Positions 9,061-17,994 of a stretch of DNA of 32,000 nt are shown piece by piece. Position numbers and translations under genes: made by a program. The notes under the pieces were generated by a model that did no database searches, was not told where the DNA came from, and saw only the letters and a program-made list of their open reading frames with translations. This stretch comes from Moraxella nasicaprae (lineage in GTDB: Bacteria > Pseudomonadota > Gammaproteobacteria > Pseudomonadales > Moraxellaceae), in assembly GCF_025643275.1 (NCBI RefSeq), contig NZ_CP089977.1, positions 1,980,001 through 2,012,000 of the forward strand, read 5' to 3'. How positions within the stretch are numbered: position 1 is the stretch's first letter; each line of letters begins with the position of its first letter.

Positions 9061-9699
9061 ATGTTTATTCCAAAAGTTTTTGAGCAGACCAATCGCCAGC
9101 AACTCATTGAGTTGATGCAGGCATATCCATTGGCAACGGTGATTTTTAGTGATAACAGCTTACCTGTGGCTTGTCATATTCCTGTGTTGTATATCAATGA
9201 CGAACGAGGCGAGCGATTGATTGGTCATGTACATCGTTGCAATCCTTTGTGGCAACATACAGATAAACCTTGGCTGGTGATTTTTCATGGTGCCAATCAT
9301 TACATCAGTGCAAACTGGTATCCCTCCAAGCAACAAACGCACAAAGAAGTACCCACCTACAACTATCAGGCGGTGCATATCACGGTGCAAGCGACTTTGA
9401 TTGAGGACTTGCCAAGTGTTAAGCAGATATTATCAATCACGACCGATTATTTTGAAGAGCATTTGGCAACCCAAATCCATCATCACCCTTGGAAAATTGA
9501 TGACGCACCCAGCGAATTTATTGATAAAATGTGTCCTGCATTGGTGGCGTTTGAGATGAATATTGTGGACATTCAGGCACAATTTAAACTTAGCCAAAAC
9601 AAAAGCGATGAAAATAGACAAGGCGTGATAGATGGTCTTGGACAACTTGATACTGATGCTGCTCGCCAGATGGCAATGCTTGTCAAGCACGCCAAATAA
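9061..9699 (+). CDS. paiB: PaiB-family FMN-binding negative transcriptional regulator
   Basis: 212 aa. The start is MFIPKVFEQTNRQQLIELMQAYPLATVI, and the end has SQNKSDENRQGVIDGL, typical of PaiB/FMN-binding split-barrel proteins. Confidence 0.8.
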   Translation: MFIPKVFEQTNRQQLIELMQAYPLATVIFSDNSLPVACHIPVLYINDERGERLIGHVHRCNPLWQHTDKPWLVIFHGANHYISANWYPSKQQTHKEVPTYNYQAVHITVQATLIEDLPSVKQILSITTDYFEEHLATQIHHHPWKIDDAPSEFIDKMCPALVAFEMNIVDIQAQFKLSQNKSDENRQGVIDGLGQLDTDAARQMAMLVKHAK

Positions 9700-9701
9700 A
9701 C

Positions 9702-9732
9702 AAAAAATCCATCAATGATTGATGGATTTTTT
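9702..9732. terminator. Bidirectional rho-independent terminator between convergent paiB and the M48 peptidase gene
   Basis: Stem ATCCATCAA (9707-9715) / TTGATGGAT (9719-9727), 3-nt loop, flanked by an A5 tract upstream and a T5 tract downstream. Confidence 0.7.
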
Positions 9733-9741
9733 ATGGGCGAT

Positions 9742-10746
9742 TTATTGGTTTTTGGGCAGGTGCTGATGCACTTGTTTGATTCGTTCTTGGGTGTCAGGGT
9801 GAGTGGAAATCAGTGACCAATGACTGTGTTCATCATGTTCGTCATTGATTTTTTCAAAGAAATTTGCCAGATAAATCGGGGAAATGTTCAGGCGAGTTAA
9901 TTCATCGATGGCAAATTTATCTGCTTGCATTTCAAATTGCTGAGAGTATTGTAAAGTAGCAAAGATGGTCGGAAGTCCTGTGATTAAATCAGAAGTATCG
10001 CCTGTGACCATCACAATAAGTACGCTAATGCCAAGTCCTCTGATGGCCTGTTTGAGGCTGTGTCGATGCACCAAATGACCCTGTTCATGAGCCATCACTG
10101 CCAAAATCTCATTGTCATCATTGCTAAGTTTGATGAGTTCATCGGTCAGAACGATGGTGTTGTTTGGCAAAGCAAAAGCATTGGCATCAAGCTCCTTGCC
10201 TGCTCGAATGATGACTTTGGCGGCAGGATTGCCTTCTAGCTTATCATACAGTTTGATGATTCGTGCTTGATGAGATGCTGGCAGGGTGCTATCGCCTGTC
10301 ATATTCATCACTTGTTCTTCGGCAAGATTGCCAATATCCATCAGAATGTCGGCAGGCAGTCTTTGTGCAATGTGATCGCTAACCATAGGAATGCCATAGC
10401 GGTACATACCGACGATAAAAACCACCATAACCAGCAAGCCGACCAGCACCCACCGCCATGATTGCTCCATCAAGCTGATGTTTACCAGCAATCGTTGTTG
10501 CTTGGGCAGAGTGAGCCAGTCGGGCAAGTAGGGCAGCTGAGCTCTTGCACCATCGCAAAACTCTATCGCATGCCCCACATTGCCCACCGCAGGCAGATAA
10601 ACATAATCTTGCTGGTCATAATATCGCTCCTGCCCTTGCCAACGAACGACCAACTGCCCTAGATGGTTTTTTGACAGCACCCCTGCATGAGCGGTGCTGA
10701 TGTTGCCATCAAAAAATTGAACACAAATGGATTGATGATTGGGCAT
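9742..10746 (-). CDS. M48-family zinc metallopeptidase, membrane-anchored
   Basis: The ORF extends to a TTG at 10758, but the first ATG is at 10746 (MPNHQSICVQFFDG). It has the HExxH motif HEQGHLVHRH, a TM segment WRWVLVGLLVMVVFIVGMY, and a downstream E (FEMQADKFA). Its start lies 5 nt downstream of the yjgN stop. Confidence 0.85.
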   Translation of the reverse strand: MPNHQSICVQFFDGNISTAHAGVLSKNHLGQLVVRWQGQERYYDQQDYVYLPAVGNVGHAIEFCDGARAQLPYLPDWLTLPKQQRLLVNISLMEQSWRWVLVGLLVMVVFIVGMYRYGIPMVSDHIAQRLPADILMDIGNLAEEQVMNMTGDSTLPASHQARIIKLYDKLEGNPAAKVIIRAGKELDANAFALPNNTIVLTDELIKLSNDDNEILAVMAHEQGHLVHRHSLKQAIRGLGISVLIVMVTGDTSDLITGLPTIFATLQYSQQFEMQADKFAIDELTRLNISPIYLANFFEKINDEHDEHSHWSLISTHPDTQERIKQVHQHLPKNQ

Positions 10747-10751
10747 ATCAA

Positions 10752-11831
10752 TTACCAAGAAATATCAAAATCAAACACATCGCTAATCTCCTCGCCAATG
10801 GCAGAAATCTCTTCGCCTTGTGGTGTGGTCAGGTTATTTAGGTCATCAACCGCCACCAAACTTAGCGTCTGCATTTTGTAGCGATGTGCTCTGATGGCTG
10901 CCCATGCACTTAATAGACCTAAGCTGACGATGATGGCAAAATAATTACTGACGATAATCAATGCCAATTTTAATGGGCTAAAATTGACTAATTTGAGGGT
11001 ATTATTACCAATCGTCATACCATCATAAGTGGCTTGATAAATATAGGCGGTCATGAGTGGCATTACCAACAAAGAAAGCAGATATAAAAAGACAATACTA
11101 CCCACCATCAGTGCGTCGGCTGACGCATCAATGACATCAGCTATGCCAAAATTAAAGAAAATCACACCAATGATGGTCAAAATCATCAATAATATTGGCA
11201 AAACCGCTGCCTTATAAAAGTCGGTGATGGTTGCTTTGAAGTCAAATTTTAAATTGCCAAAATACAGATTGTTAAATTGATAGCCTCTGATTAGCCATAG
11301 TACAACAGGAAGCAGTAAACCAAAACTGACAATACTGATAAGGCTTGTTAATAAAAATAAGCCATATGTTTGACCCAAGCTGCCCTTGAAGGCAAATTTG
11401 ACATTGTTATACTGGCTGTGTCTGGCATGAAATTTGAGCGTGGAGCGAAACAGCCAAGGCAGGGCGATGAATAATAAAATCGGAGTGGCAATCGCAATTT
11501 CCCAAGATAATTCTCCGCCAATCATGATTAAAGCATACAATGCGATGGCAATCAGCCGTCCAATAAGAATTTTCTTGGGATTGGCAGTGAAGTCAAATGA
11601 ACGATTGTCAAGCTGTGTATTGCCATAAAAATATCGCAATCGACGCACTTTTGCCCAAGGCGAATAAATGCCAAGCGTGATGATGGTTAAAAATAAATTA
11701 ACAATCCAAATCTTAAAATATTCGCCAGCATTGCCTGTGAACTTAAATTGGTGCACTGTTTGATTGGGCGGGGTAGGTGTGCCAATGTTGTCATGTTGTG
11801 TTGAGGGTGCTTGGGGTGTGAATTGTGTCAT
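10752..11831 (-). CDS. yjgN: YjgN-family (DUF898) polytopic inner membrane protein
   Basis: 359 aa with about 8 predicted TM helices. It contains the characteristic FxGxxGEYFKIWIVNxxLTIxTLGIYxPWAKVRxxRYFYxNT block, and a second internal copy of the motif (LGLLSAWAAIRAHRY). GGAG lies 11 nt upstream of the ATG. Confidence 0.8.
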   Translation of the reverse strand: MTQFTPQAPSTQHDNIGTPTPPNQTVHQFKFTGNAGEYFKIWIVNLFLTIITLGIYSPWAKVRRLRYFYGNTQLDNRSFDFTANPKKILIGRLIAIALYALIMIGGELSWEIAIATPILLFIALPWLFRSTLKFHARHSQYNNVKFAFKGSLGQTYGLFLLTSLISIVSFGLLLPVVLWLIRGYQFNNLYFGNLKFDFKATITDFYKAAVLPILLMILTIIGVIFFNFGIADVIDASADALMVGSIVFLYLLSLLVMPLMTAYIYQATYDGMTIGNNTLKLVNFSPLKLALIIVSNYFAIIVSLGLLSAWAAIRAHRYKMQTLSLVAVDDLNNLTTPQGEEISAIGEEISDVFDFDISW

Positions 11832-11891
11832 TAAAATTTACTCCATTAAATATGCACGGTTATTGTAACAATATTTCTTTAAAAATAAAAT

Positions 11892-11929
11892 AAAAAAATC
11901 CAACCCTTTGCTAGATAAGGATTGGATTT
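11892..11929 (-). terminator. Rho-independent terminator after lpxL
   Basis: Plus strand reads A7-TCCAA-c-CCTT..AAGG-a-TTGGATTT. On the minus strand the hairpin is followed by a T7 tract. It lies 18 nt downstream of the lpxL stop. Confidence 0.6.
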
Positions 11930-11946
11930 GGGCTGTTTGGTGTAAC

Positions 11947-12987
11947 TTATTTGCGATAATAATTTTTACCATCTGCCTGATTTTTGAAACGACGATGAAA
12001 CCACATCCATTGAGCGACATCTTTTTGGATATTTTGTTCAATAAGATGATTGATACGCTGAGCATCTGCTACTTCATCATCGCTTGGATAGTTTTCTAGT
12101 ACAGGGCTTAGCGTGATGTGATAATGTGGTCTGCGACCTTTGGGAATATAATCTGGGGTCTGACGCACCATGTCCATCATCATCACGGCAGGGGGATTTT
12201 TTTTGTCCATCAAAGCCAGTCGTCTTTGGGCGGTGATGGTGGCGGCAGGCACACCAAAAAAAGTCGCCATCACGCCATGTTCCAGGCCAAAGTCTTGGTC
12301 AGGAGAGTACCAAATGACCTTGCCAGCCTTAATGCGAGTGATGAGTTTTTTCATGTCCTTGCTGGAAATTTGTTCATCAAAAATATGACGACGGGCATTA
12401 TAAATGAACCATTCTAACAAAGGGTTGTTTTGTGGGCGATACACACAGTCTGCGGCAAAAAATTGTGTACAAAGCCGTCCGCCCAAATCCAGCGTGGTAT
12501 AATGACCGCCCAGCAAGATGACTGATTTGGCTTGTTTTTGGGCATTGACCAGATGGTGTAGTCCGCTGATGCTGAATGTTTTGACAAAATGATTGGGACG
12601 AAACCATGCACACAGACTTTCAAAGATGCCAATGCCTTGATTGATGAATACTTGTCTTGCAATTTGTTCTCTTTCTTGCGAACTTTTATTTGGAAAAGCT
12701 AGGCTTAGATTGGTTAAGGTGTCTTGTACCCGTGTTTTGGCAAGGCGATGAACCAATTTGCCAATCTGTTTGCCCAACCAAAATTGCCAACGAAGTGGTA
12801 AATAAATCAAGGGTAAAATCAATGCCATCAGCAACCAAATACCCCAATATTTGGGGTGTAAAAATTGCCATTGAAAGGCTTTTTTGTCGGCTTGATGGTT
12901 TTGTTTGTGATTGTCGGTTAAAAGTGGTGTACCTTTGGTGCTGGTTGTGGTTGGTGTGCCACAGCCACAGTTATTTTGGCAGCTCAT
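11947..12987 (-). CDS. lpxL: Lipid A biosynthesis lauroyl (Kdo2-lipid IVA) acyltransferase, LpxL/HtrB family
   Basis: Colinear with E. coli LpxL: FLHPKYWGIWL (LLHPRYWLTWL), LLGGHYTTLDLGG (HX4D-type box), VYRPQNNPLLEW, GKVIWYSPDQD, QWMWFHRRFK. The ATG at 12987 overlaps the uup stop (ATGA). It carries about 35 extra N-terminal residues (MSCQNNCGCGTPTTTS..). Confidence 0.88.
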   Translation of the reverse strand: MSCQNNCGCGTPTTTSTKGTPLLTDNHKQNHQADKKAFQWQFLHPKYWGIWLLMALILPLIYLPLRWQFWLGKQIGKLVHRLAKTRVQDTLTNLSLAFPNKSSQEREQIARQVFINQGIGIFESLCAWFRPNHFVKTFSISGLHHLVNAQKQAKSVILLGGHYTTLDLGGRLCTQFFAADCVYRPQNNPLLEWFIYNARRHIFDEQISSKDMKKLITRIKAGKVIWYSPDQDFGLEHGVMATFFGVPAATITAQRRLALMDKKNPPAVMMMDMVRQTPDYIPKGRRPHYHITLSPVLENYPSDDEVADAQRINHLIEQNIQKDVAQWMWFHRRFKNQADGKNYYRK

Positions 12988-14939
12988 TTTGTAACACTCT
13001 CCAACTCGTCCCAGCGTTCCAATTTTTCTAGCAGTAGTTCATCAATCTGTGCCAAGCGTTCGCTGGCGGCAGTGGCGGCGGTCAAATCTTCAATGAACCA
13101 AGAACCGTCTTCCAGTTTGGCGGAGAGTTGGCGTTGCTCCTCTTCAAGGTTGGCAATCTCATCAGGCAGGGCTTCAAGCTCTCGTTGTTCTTTGTAGCTT
13201 AACTTGCGTTTTTGTTCTTTGGGTGCGTCAGTCTTTTTGCTTTCCGTTTGGATAGGCTTATCAGCAGATTTGTCTGCCGCTTTTTCGGACTTAGACTTGG
13301 GATTGTTTGATAAAAATCTGGCGTGCTGAACCAAGTAATCTTCATAGCCGCCCACATATTCTCGCACCACACCATCGCCAGCATTATCGGCGTCAAATAC
13401 CCAAGTTTGGGTCACGACATTATCCATGAATGCTCGGTCGTGACTGATGAGTAGTACCGTACCCTCAAAATTGACCACAAACTCCTCCAATAGCTCCAAA
13501 GTTGCCATATCAAGGTCGTTGGTGGGTTCGTCTAATACCAGCACATTGGCAGGTTGCAGGAGTAGTTTGGCAAGCAGCACCCGAGCTTTTTCACCACCAG
13601 ATAGGGCTTTTACAGGTGTTCTGGCACGATTTGGGGTGAATAAAAAATCTTGCAAGTACCCCAAAATGTGTGTTTTTCTTGTGCCAATCTCCACATGGTC
13701 GGAGCCTTCGGAGACATTGTCCGCCACTGATTTTTCAGGGTCTAAGTCGTCTTTGAGTTGGTCAAAAAACGCAATGTTTAGATTGGTGCCAAGTCGGACT
13801 TTGCCTGCCTTGATGGCGGTATCATCAAGCCCCAAGATGGTTTTGATGAGTGTGGTTTTGCCCACGCCATTTTGTCCAATGATGCCAATTTTGTCGCCAC
13901 GCAATAATAGCGTGCTAAACTCTTTGACTAGGATTTTTTGGTCATATTCTAGCGTCAGATGATTGACTTCACAGACGATTTTGCCTGATTTTTCGGCAGT
14001 ATTTTGACGAAGCTCAACATTGCCCACTACATCACGGCGAGCTGCTCGCTCCACACGCATTGCTTTTAAAGCTCGTACACGCCCTTCATTACGAGTACGT
14101 CTGGCTTTAATGCCTTGTCTAATCCATGCTTCTTCTTGTGCGAGTTTTTTGTCAAACTCGGCAAAAGTTTTTTGCTCGCTGGCAAGCTCCATCTCTTTGA
14201 TTTCTTGATAGCGAGCATAACCGCCAACACCCTGAGAAACATCGTAGCTGGACAGTTGCCCACGGTCAAGCTCAATGATGCGAGTGGCAAGTTTATCGAC
14301 AAATCTTCTATCGTGTGTGATGAACAGTACCGTCAGGCGTTCATTGAGCAAGAAATTTTCTAGCCAATCAATGCTTTGAATATCCAGATGGTTGGTTGGT
14401 TCGTCCAGTAGTAGGACATCAGGCTGGATAACCAAGGCACGAGCCAGTAGCACTCGGCGTTTGCGACCGCCCGACAGATTGTCTAGTTTGTCATCGGCAT
14501 TTAGACCCATGCTATCAATCAACGCACGGGCTTTTCTTTCAAAATCCCAACCGCCCAAAGTATCCAGTTCGTGTTGCAGTACCCCCATTGTTTGACAAGC
14601 CTGCTCATCGCCTGATACACACGCTTGGCTGGCTTGATGATAGGCGTGCAATGTCTTAGCGATGGCTGGACTGCCGCCCATCACGACATCTAGGACGCTA
14701 TCAGAGCCATTTGGTACATCTTGGGCCAACATACTGACGGTTAAGCCATCTTTAATCAGCACTTCACCATCATCAGGCAGTATTTGTCTGCTGATGAGTT
14801 TAAATAGGGTGGATTTGCCCTCGCCATTGCGTCCAATCAAGCAGACTCGCTCGCCTGCTTCTAGGCTAAAATTAACGCCGTCTAGAATCGGAGCGACCCC
14901 AAATGCCAAATGAATGTTTTTTAATTGAATCAAAGCCAT
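12984..14939 (-). CDS. uup: ABC-F family ATPase Uup
   Basis: The ORF extends to 14984, but ATG 14939 (MALIQLKNIHLAFG) matches the Uup N-terminus. It has two ABC cassettes (GRNGEGKST / LSGGRKRRV / LLLDEPTNHLD, and GQNGVGKTT / LSGGEKARV / LVLDEPTNDLD), the linker QEEAWIRQGIKARRTRNEGRVRALKAMR that is nearly identical to E. coli Uup, and a C-terminal coiled coil. Confidence 0.93.
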   Translation of the reverse strand: MALIQLKNIHLAFGVAPILDGVNFSLEAGERVCLIGRNGEGKSTLFKLISRQILPDDGEVLIKDGLTVSMLAQDVPNGSDSVLDVVMGGSPAIAKTLHAYHQASQACVSGDEQACQTMGVLQHELDTLGGWDFERKARALIDSMGLNADDKLDNLSGGRKRRVLLARALVIQPDVLLLDEPTNHLDIQSIDWLENFLLNERLTVLFITHDRRFVDKLATRIIELDRGQLSSYDVSQGVGGYARYQEIKEMELASEQKTFAEFDKKLAQEEAWIRQGIKARRTRNEGRVRALKAMRVERAARRDVVGNVELRQNTAEKSGKIVCEVNHLTLEYDQKILVKEFSTLLLRGDKIGIIGQNGVGKTTLIKTILGLDDTAIKAGKVRLGTNLNIAFFDQLKDDLDPEKSVADNVSEGSDHVEIGTRKTHILGYLQDFLFTPNRARTPVKALSGGEKARVLLAKLLLQPANVLVLDEPTNDLDMATLELLEEFVVNFEGTVLLISHDRAFMDNVVTQTWVFDADNAGDGVVREYVGGYEDYLVQHARFLSNNPKSKSEKAADKSADKPIQTESKKTDAPKEQKRKLSYKEQRELEALPDEIANLEEEQRQLSAKLEDGSWFIEDLTAATAASERLAQIDELLLEKLERWDELESVTK

Positions 14940-15110
14940 AATAATCGTTTGCTTATATTGATGATGCTTGATGAAATATAACAAAAAATCAACCCAGACA
15001 ATCGTCTTGGCATCATGATTGTTATGATAAAATTCAAGTCGGTAAATCCTGCTATCATACCAAAATTTTTATTCAAAATGGGCAGAAAATATCGCAAAAT
15101 TCATAAATTA

Positions 15111-15119
15111 TGCTAAAAT
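15111..15119 (+). promoter_or_regulatory. Candidate extended -10 promoter for slyX
   Basis: TGcTAAAAT lies 32 nt upstream of ATG 15151, in the divergent uup/slyX intergenic region. Confidence 0.4.
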
Positions 15120-15150
15120 TTTTCATTGAAATCATCGATGGTGGTAGGTT

Positions 15151-15369
15151 ATGACCGACAAAACACAAGCACAGCTCATCGAGCTACAAACCAGAATTAG
15201 TTTTTTAGAAGACACAGTAGATCAATTAAGCGATGTCATTGCCACGCAAGACAGGCAGTTGATGGATTTACAAGACCAGCTTCGCATTATTTATCAGCAA
15301 GTCACCAGCAAAGATGAGGCACAAATCGCCCCATTTGATTTGTTGGCAGACAGACCGCCACATTACTAA
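15151..15369 (+). CDS. slyX: SlyX-family protein
   Basis: 72 aa coiled-coil protein. LQTRISFLEDTVDQLSDVIATQDRQLMDLQDQLR and the C-terminal RPPHY are typical SlyX features. Confidence 0.85.
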   Translation: MTDKTQAQLIELQTRISFLEDTVDQLSDVIATQDRQLMDLQDQLRIIYQQVTSKDEAQIAPFDLLADRPPHY

Positions 15370-15530
15370 GTTAGCCATACAAATTGCACAAATTGCACCA
15401 AGCTAAGTAAGATTTCTTTGCATAAAATTACAAACTTGTTTTATTATTTTTGAAATTTGTTAAATTTTTACTTGTTTTTTGCCATAAATTGAATTAGGAT
15501 ACACTTGTACAAAACATGTGTTTACCAAAT

Positions 15531-15553
15531 AATCGACCGATTTTTGGTCGATT
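15531..15553 (+). promoter_or_regulatory. Hairpin in the 5' leader of the OMP gene
   Basis: AATCGACC (15531-15538) / GGTCGATT (15546-15553), 7-nt loop, 11 nt upstream of the GGAG RBS. It could be a leader-stabilising or regulatory stem-loop. Confidence 0.3.
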
Positions 15554-15576
15554 TAGGGATTTTTGGAGAAAGAGAA

Positions 15577-17064
15577 ATGAAAGCAAATGTTCAAAAGCTA
15601 AGCCTAGCGATTGCCTCTATTTTGGCGGCAGGCACTGTTCAAGCGGCAGGCTTGGATCGTTCTGGTCAAGATGTGACGGCATTTTTGCAAGATGGCACTT
15701 ATGCTGAATTTGTTTATACTTATGTCGATGCTGATGTTGCAGGTCATGACAATGGCGTGCCAGCAGGTGCGGCGACCAACAACTATGTGCAGGGCAAGGC
15801 AACTGGTAAAGTAACCGAAGATTATGACTTTTTCCGTTTTGGTGTCAAAACTGATGTTAATGACCGATTTAGCGTAGGTGTCTTATATGACGAGCCGTTT
15901 GGGGCATCTGTTCATTATCAAGGCGACAGCAATTTTGTTTCGGCAGGTGGTGATGCGACCATTGCGGCATTGACTTCTGGCACAGCCTTAGAGGCGATTC
16001 AAGATACAGCAACCGCACAAGCATTTGCTCAATCAACTGCAAGCCTAATTCCAACTTTGACCGCAGGTGTTGGCAGATTGCAACAAGCCATTGCAGCAAC
16101 CGAAGCGGCTGGTGGTGACGCAACCGCTCTAAAAACTCAGCTTGCGACTGTACAAGGTCAATTAGTTCAAGCAAGCACAGCCGCCACTCGTTTGGGTGCA
16201 GCAGCGAACATAGCCAAAGTCACAGAATCTCAAAAGGGTGAAGGCACCAATGTTGAGATTCGTACCAACAATGTTACTACACTATTGGGCGTAAAATTTG
16301 GCGAAAATCGCAACTTCCAAGTGTATGCAGGTCCAGCGGCACAACGCCTAAATGGTGAAGTACATTTGCGTGGTATTGCCTATCAAGGGGCACAGGGCTA
16401 TGATGCCAAAATCAGCACCGATACCCAAGTAGGCTGGGTGGCTGGCGTGGCATATTCCAAGCCAGAAATTGCTCTAAAAGCCGCCTTGACTTATCGTTCA
16501 GAGATTGAACATGAAAGCGAAATCTCTGAATCTTTCCCAGCACTAGGTGCAGCAGGCATTACCACTCGTGACTTTAAAGTTACTCTACCAAAATCATTTA
16601 ACTTTGATTTTCAAACTGGCGTAAATCCAACCACGCTATTGACTGCCAAAGTGCGTTATGTGCCTTGGGCTGATTTTGACATTCGTCCACCAACTTATGG
16701 CGATGCAACTGCCATAACCAATAATGGCAATCCGCTTGCCATCATCAGCTACTCAAAAGACCAATGGTCTGGCGAGCTTGGCTTGGGCAAAAAACTAAAT
16801 GATAAAGTTTCTGTTTCTGGCACAGTAGGTTATGACAGTGGTGCAGGCAATCCAGCCAGCTCACTAGGTCCTATCAAGGGTTATTATAGCGTTGGTTTGG
16901 GTGCTAAGTACAACATCACACCAGAGTGGTCTATTTCTGCTGGCGGTAAGTACCTAAAATTTGGCGATGCTGATGCCAACCTACCAAACGGCATGACGGC
17001 TGGTCGTTTTGAGAAAAATGACGGCTATATTGCAGGCGTGAAGCTGGCTTATCAAGCCAAATAA
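15577..17064 (+). CDS. Outer membrane transport protein, OmpP1/FadL/TodX family (Moraxella OMP-E-like)
   Basis: The ORF opens at 15505, but ATG 15577 follows GGAGAAAGAGAA and gives the signal peptide MKANVQKLSLAIASILAAGTVQA|AGLDRSGQ. The AGLDRSGQ start, alternating beta-strand pattern and terminal ..GVKLAYQAK are consistent with a FadL-type barrel. It contains a long Ala/Thr/Gln-rich insert. Confidence 0.65.
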   Translation: MKANVQKLSLAIASILAAGTVQAAGLDRSGQDVTAFLQDGTYAEFVYTYVDADVAGHDNGVPAGAATNNYVQGKATGKVTEDYDFFRFGVKTDVNDRFSVGVLYDEPFGASVHYQGDSNFVSAGGDATIAALTSGTALEAIQDTATAQAFAQSTASLIPTLTAGVGRLQQAIAATEAAGGDATALKTQLATVQGQLVQASTAATRLGAAANIAKVTESQKGEGTNVEIRTNNVTTLLGVKFGENRNFQVYAGPAAQRLNGEVHLRGIAYQGAQGYDAKISTDTQVGWVAGVAYSKPEIALKAALTYRSEIEHESEISESFPALGAAGITTRDFKVTLPKSFNFDFQTGVNPTTLLTAKVRYVPWADFDIRPPTYGDATAITNNGNPLAIISYSKDQWSGELGLGKKLNDKVSVSGTVGYDSGAGNPASSLGPIKGYYSVGLGAKYNITPEWSISAGGKYLKFGDADANLPNGMTAGRFEKNDGYIAGVKLAYQAK

Positions 17065-17084
17065 ATTGATGGCATTTGCCACAA

Positions 17085-17120
17085 AAAACGGTTTGGATAA
17101 ATTCCAAGCCGTTTTGCTTT
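17085..17120 (+). terminator. Rho-independent terminator after the OMP gene
   Basis: AAAACGGTTTGGA / TCCAAGCCGTTTT stem with one G-T wobble, followed by TTTTGCTTT. Confidence 0.7.
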
Positions 17121-17137
17121 ATGTTTGGCATAAATTT

Positions 17138-17146
17138 TGGTATGAT
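17138..17146 (+). promoter_or_regulatory. Candidate extended -10 promoter for the rpe operon
   Basis: TGgTATGAT lies about 170 nt upstream of rpe. Confidence 0.3.
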
Positions 17147-17313
17147 GGGCTATTATTTCGGCTATGGTTGAAAAAAGCCCATCACACCAGTTGTTTGCTT
17201 ATTGGGCAAAGCAGTGGGCGGATGGTCTGATTATTTCATCACAAATTCATCACAAAGATTTGCTTGGTGGGATTTTTTAACCTTTGCCATGATGTTCATA
17301 AAGATTTGAGGTT

Positions 17314-17994
17314 ATGATGACAAAGCCATATTTGATTGCACCATCTATTTTGTCGGCAGACTTTGCCAGACTTGGCGATGATGTCCAAAAAGTGCTGGAC
17401 GCTGGGGCTGATGTGGTGCATTTTGATGTGATGGATAATCACTATGTGCCAAACTTAACTTTTGGAGCGATGGTATGTAAAGCTCTAAAAGATTATGGCA
17501 TCAAAGCACCCATCGATGTGCATTTGATGGTGTCGCCTGTGGATAGAATGATTGAAGATTTCCTAAAAGCAGGGGCTGACATCATTACTTTTCACCCAGA
17601 GGCAAGCGACCATATTGATAGAAGTTTGCAGCTCATCAAAGATGGTGGTGCTAAGTGCGGTTTGGTATTTAATCCTGCCACGCCATTGCATTACTTAGAT
17701 TATACAATAGATAAAATCGACCAAATTTTATTGATGAGTGTCAATCCAGGATTTGGCGGTCAAAAGTTCATCGATGGCACACTAGACAAATTGCGTGCGG
17801 TCAGACAACGCATCGATGATAGCGGTAGAGATATTCGTCTGGAAGTTGATGGCGGTGTGAATGTACAAAATATTCGTGCCATTGCCGAAGCTGGGGCGGA
17901 TATGTTTGTAGCAGGTTCAGCGATTTTTAGCCAACCTGATTATAAGACCGTCATCGATGCGATGCGTGATGAATTAAGCAAGGTGTCAAAGTGA
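17314..17994 (+). CDS. rpe: Ribulose-phosphate 3-epimerase
   Basis: 226 aa. [59 protein letters not shown]. Confidence 0.95.
   Translation: MMTKPYLIAPSILSADFARLGDDVQKVLDAGADVVHFDVMDNHYVPNLTFGAMVCKALKDYGIKAPIDVHLMVSPVDRMIEDFLKAGADIITFHPEASDHIDRSLQLIKDGGAKCGLVFNPATPLHYLDYTIDKIDQILLMSVNPGFGGQKFIDGTLDKLRAVRQRIDDSGRDIRLEVDGGVNVQNIRAIAEAGADMFVAGSAIFSQPDYKTVIDAMRDELSKVSK

Noticed and set aside
13447-13962. 171-aa plus-strand ORF. Similar long antisense ORFs occur at 14020-14913, 19670-20059, 20084-20440, 1497-1790, 21025-21345 and 29181-29504.
   Set aside because: All lie fully inside well-supported conserved genes (uup, ftsY, aroC, pyrD, fabI) on the opposite strand. They have Ser/Pro/Arg-rich, low-information translations typical of shadow ORFs.
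15505-15576. Upstream-extended start codons offered by the ORF track at 15505, 18594, 20155, 20861, 21903, 22518, 24117, 3228, 8529, 14984 and 10758
   Set aside because: The extensions overlap preceding genes or terminators, use TTG/GTG, or lack an RBS. The internal ATGs reproduce the conserved N-termini of the respective families (signal peptide, MCGV of PurF, MQVLSSL of L36, and so on).
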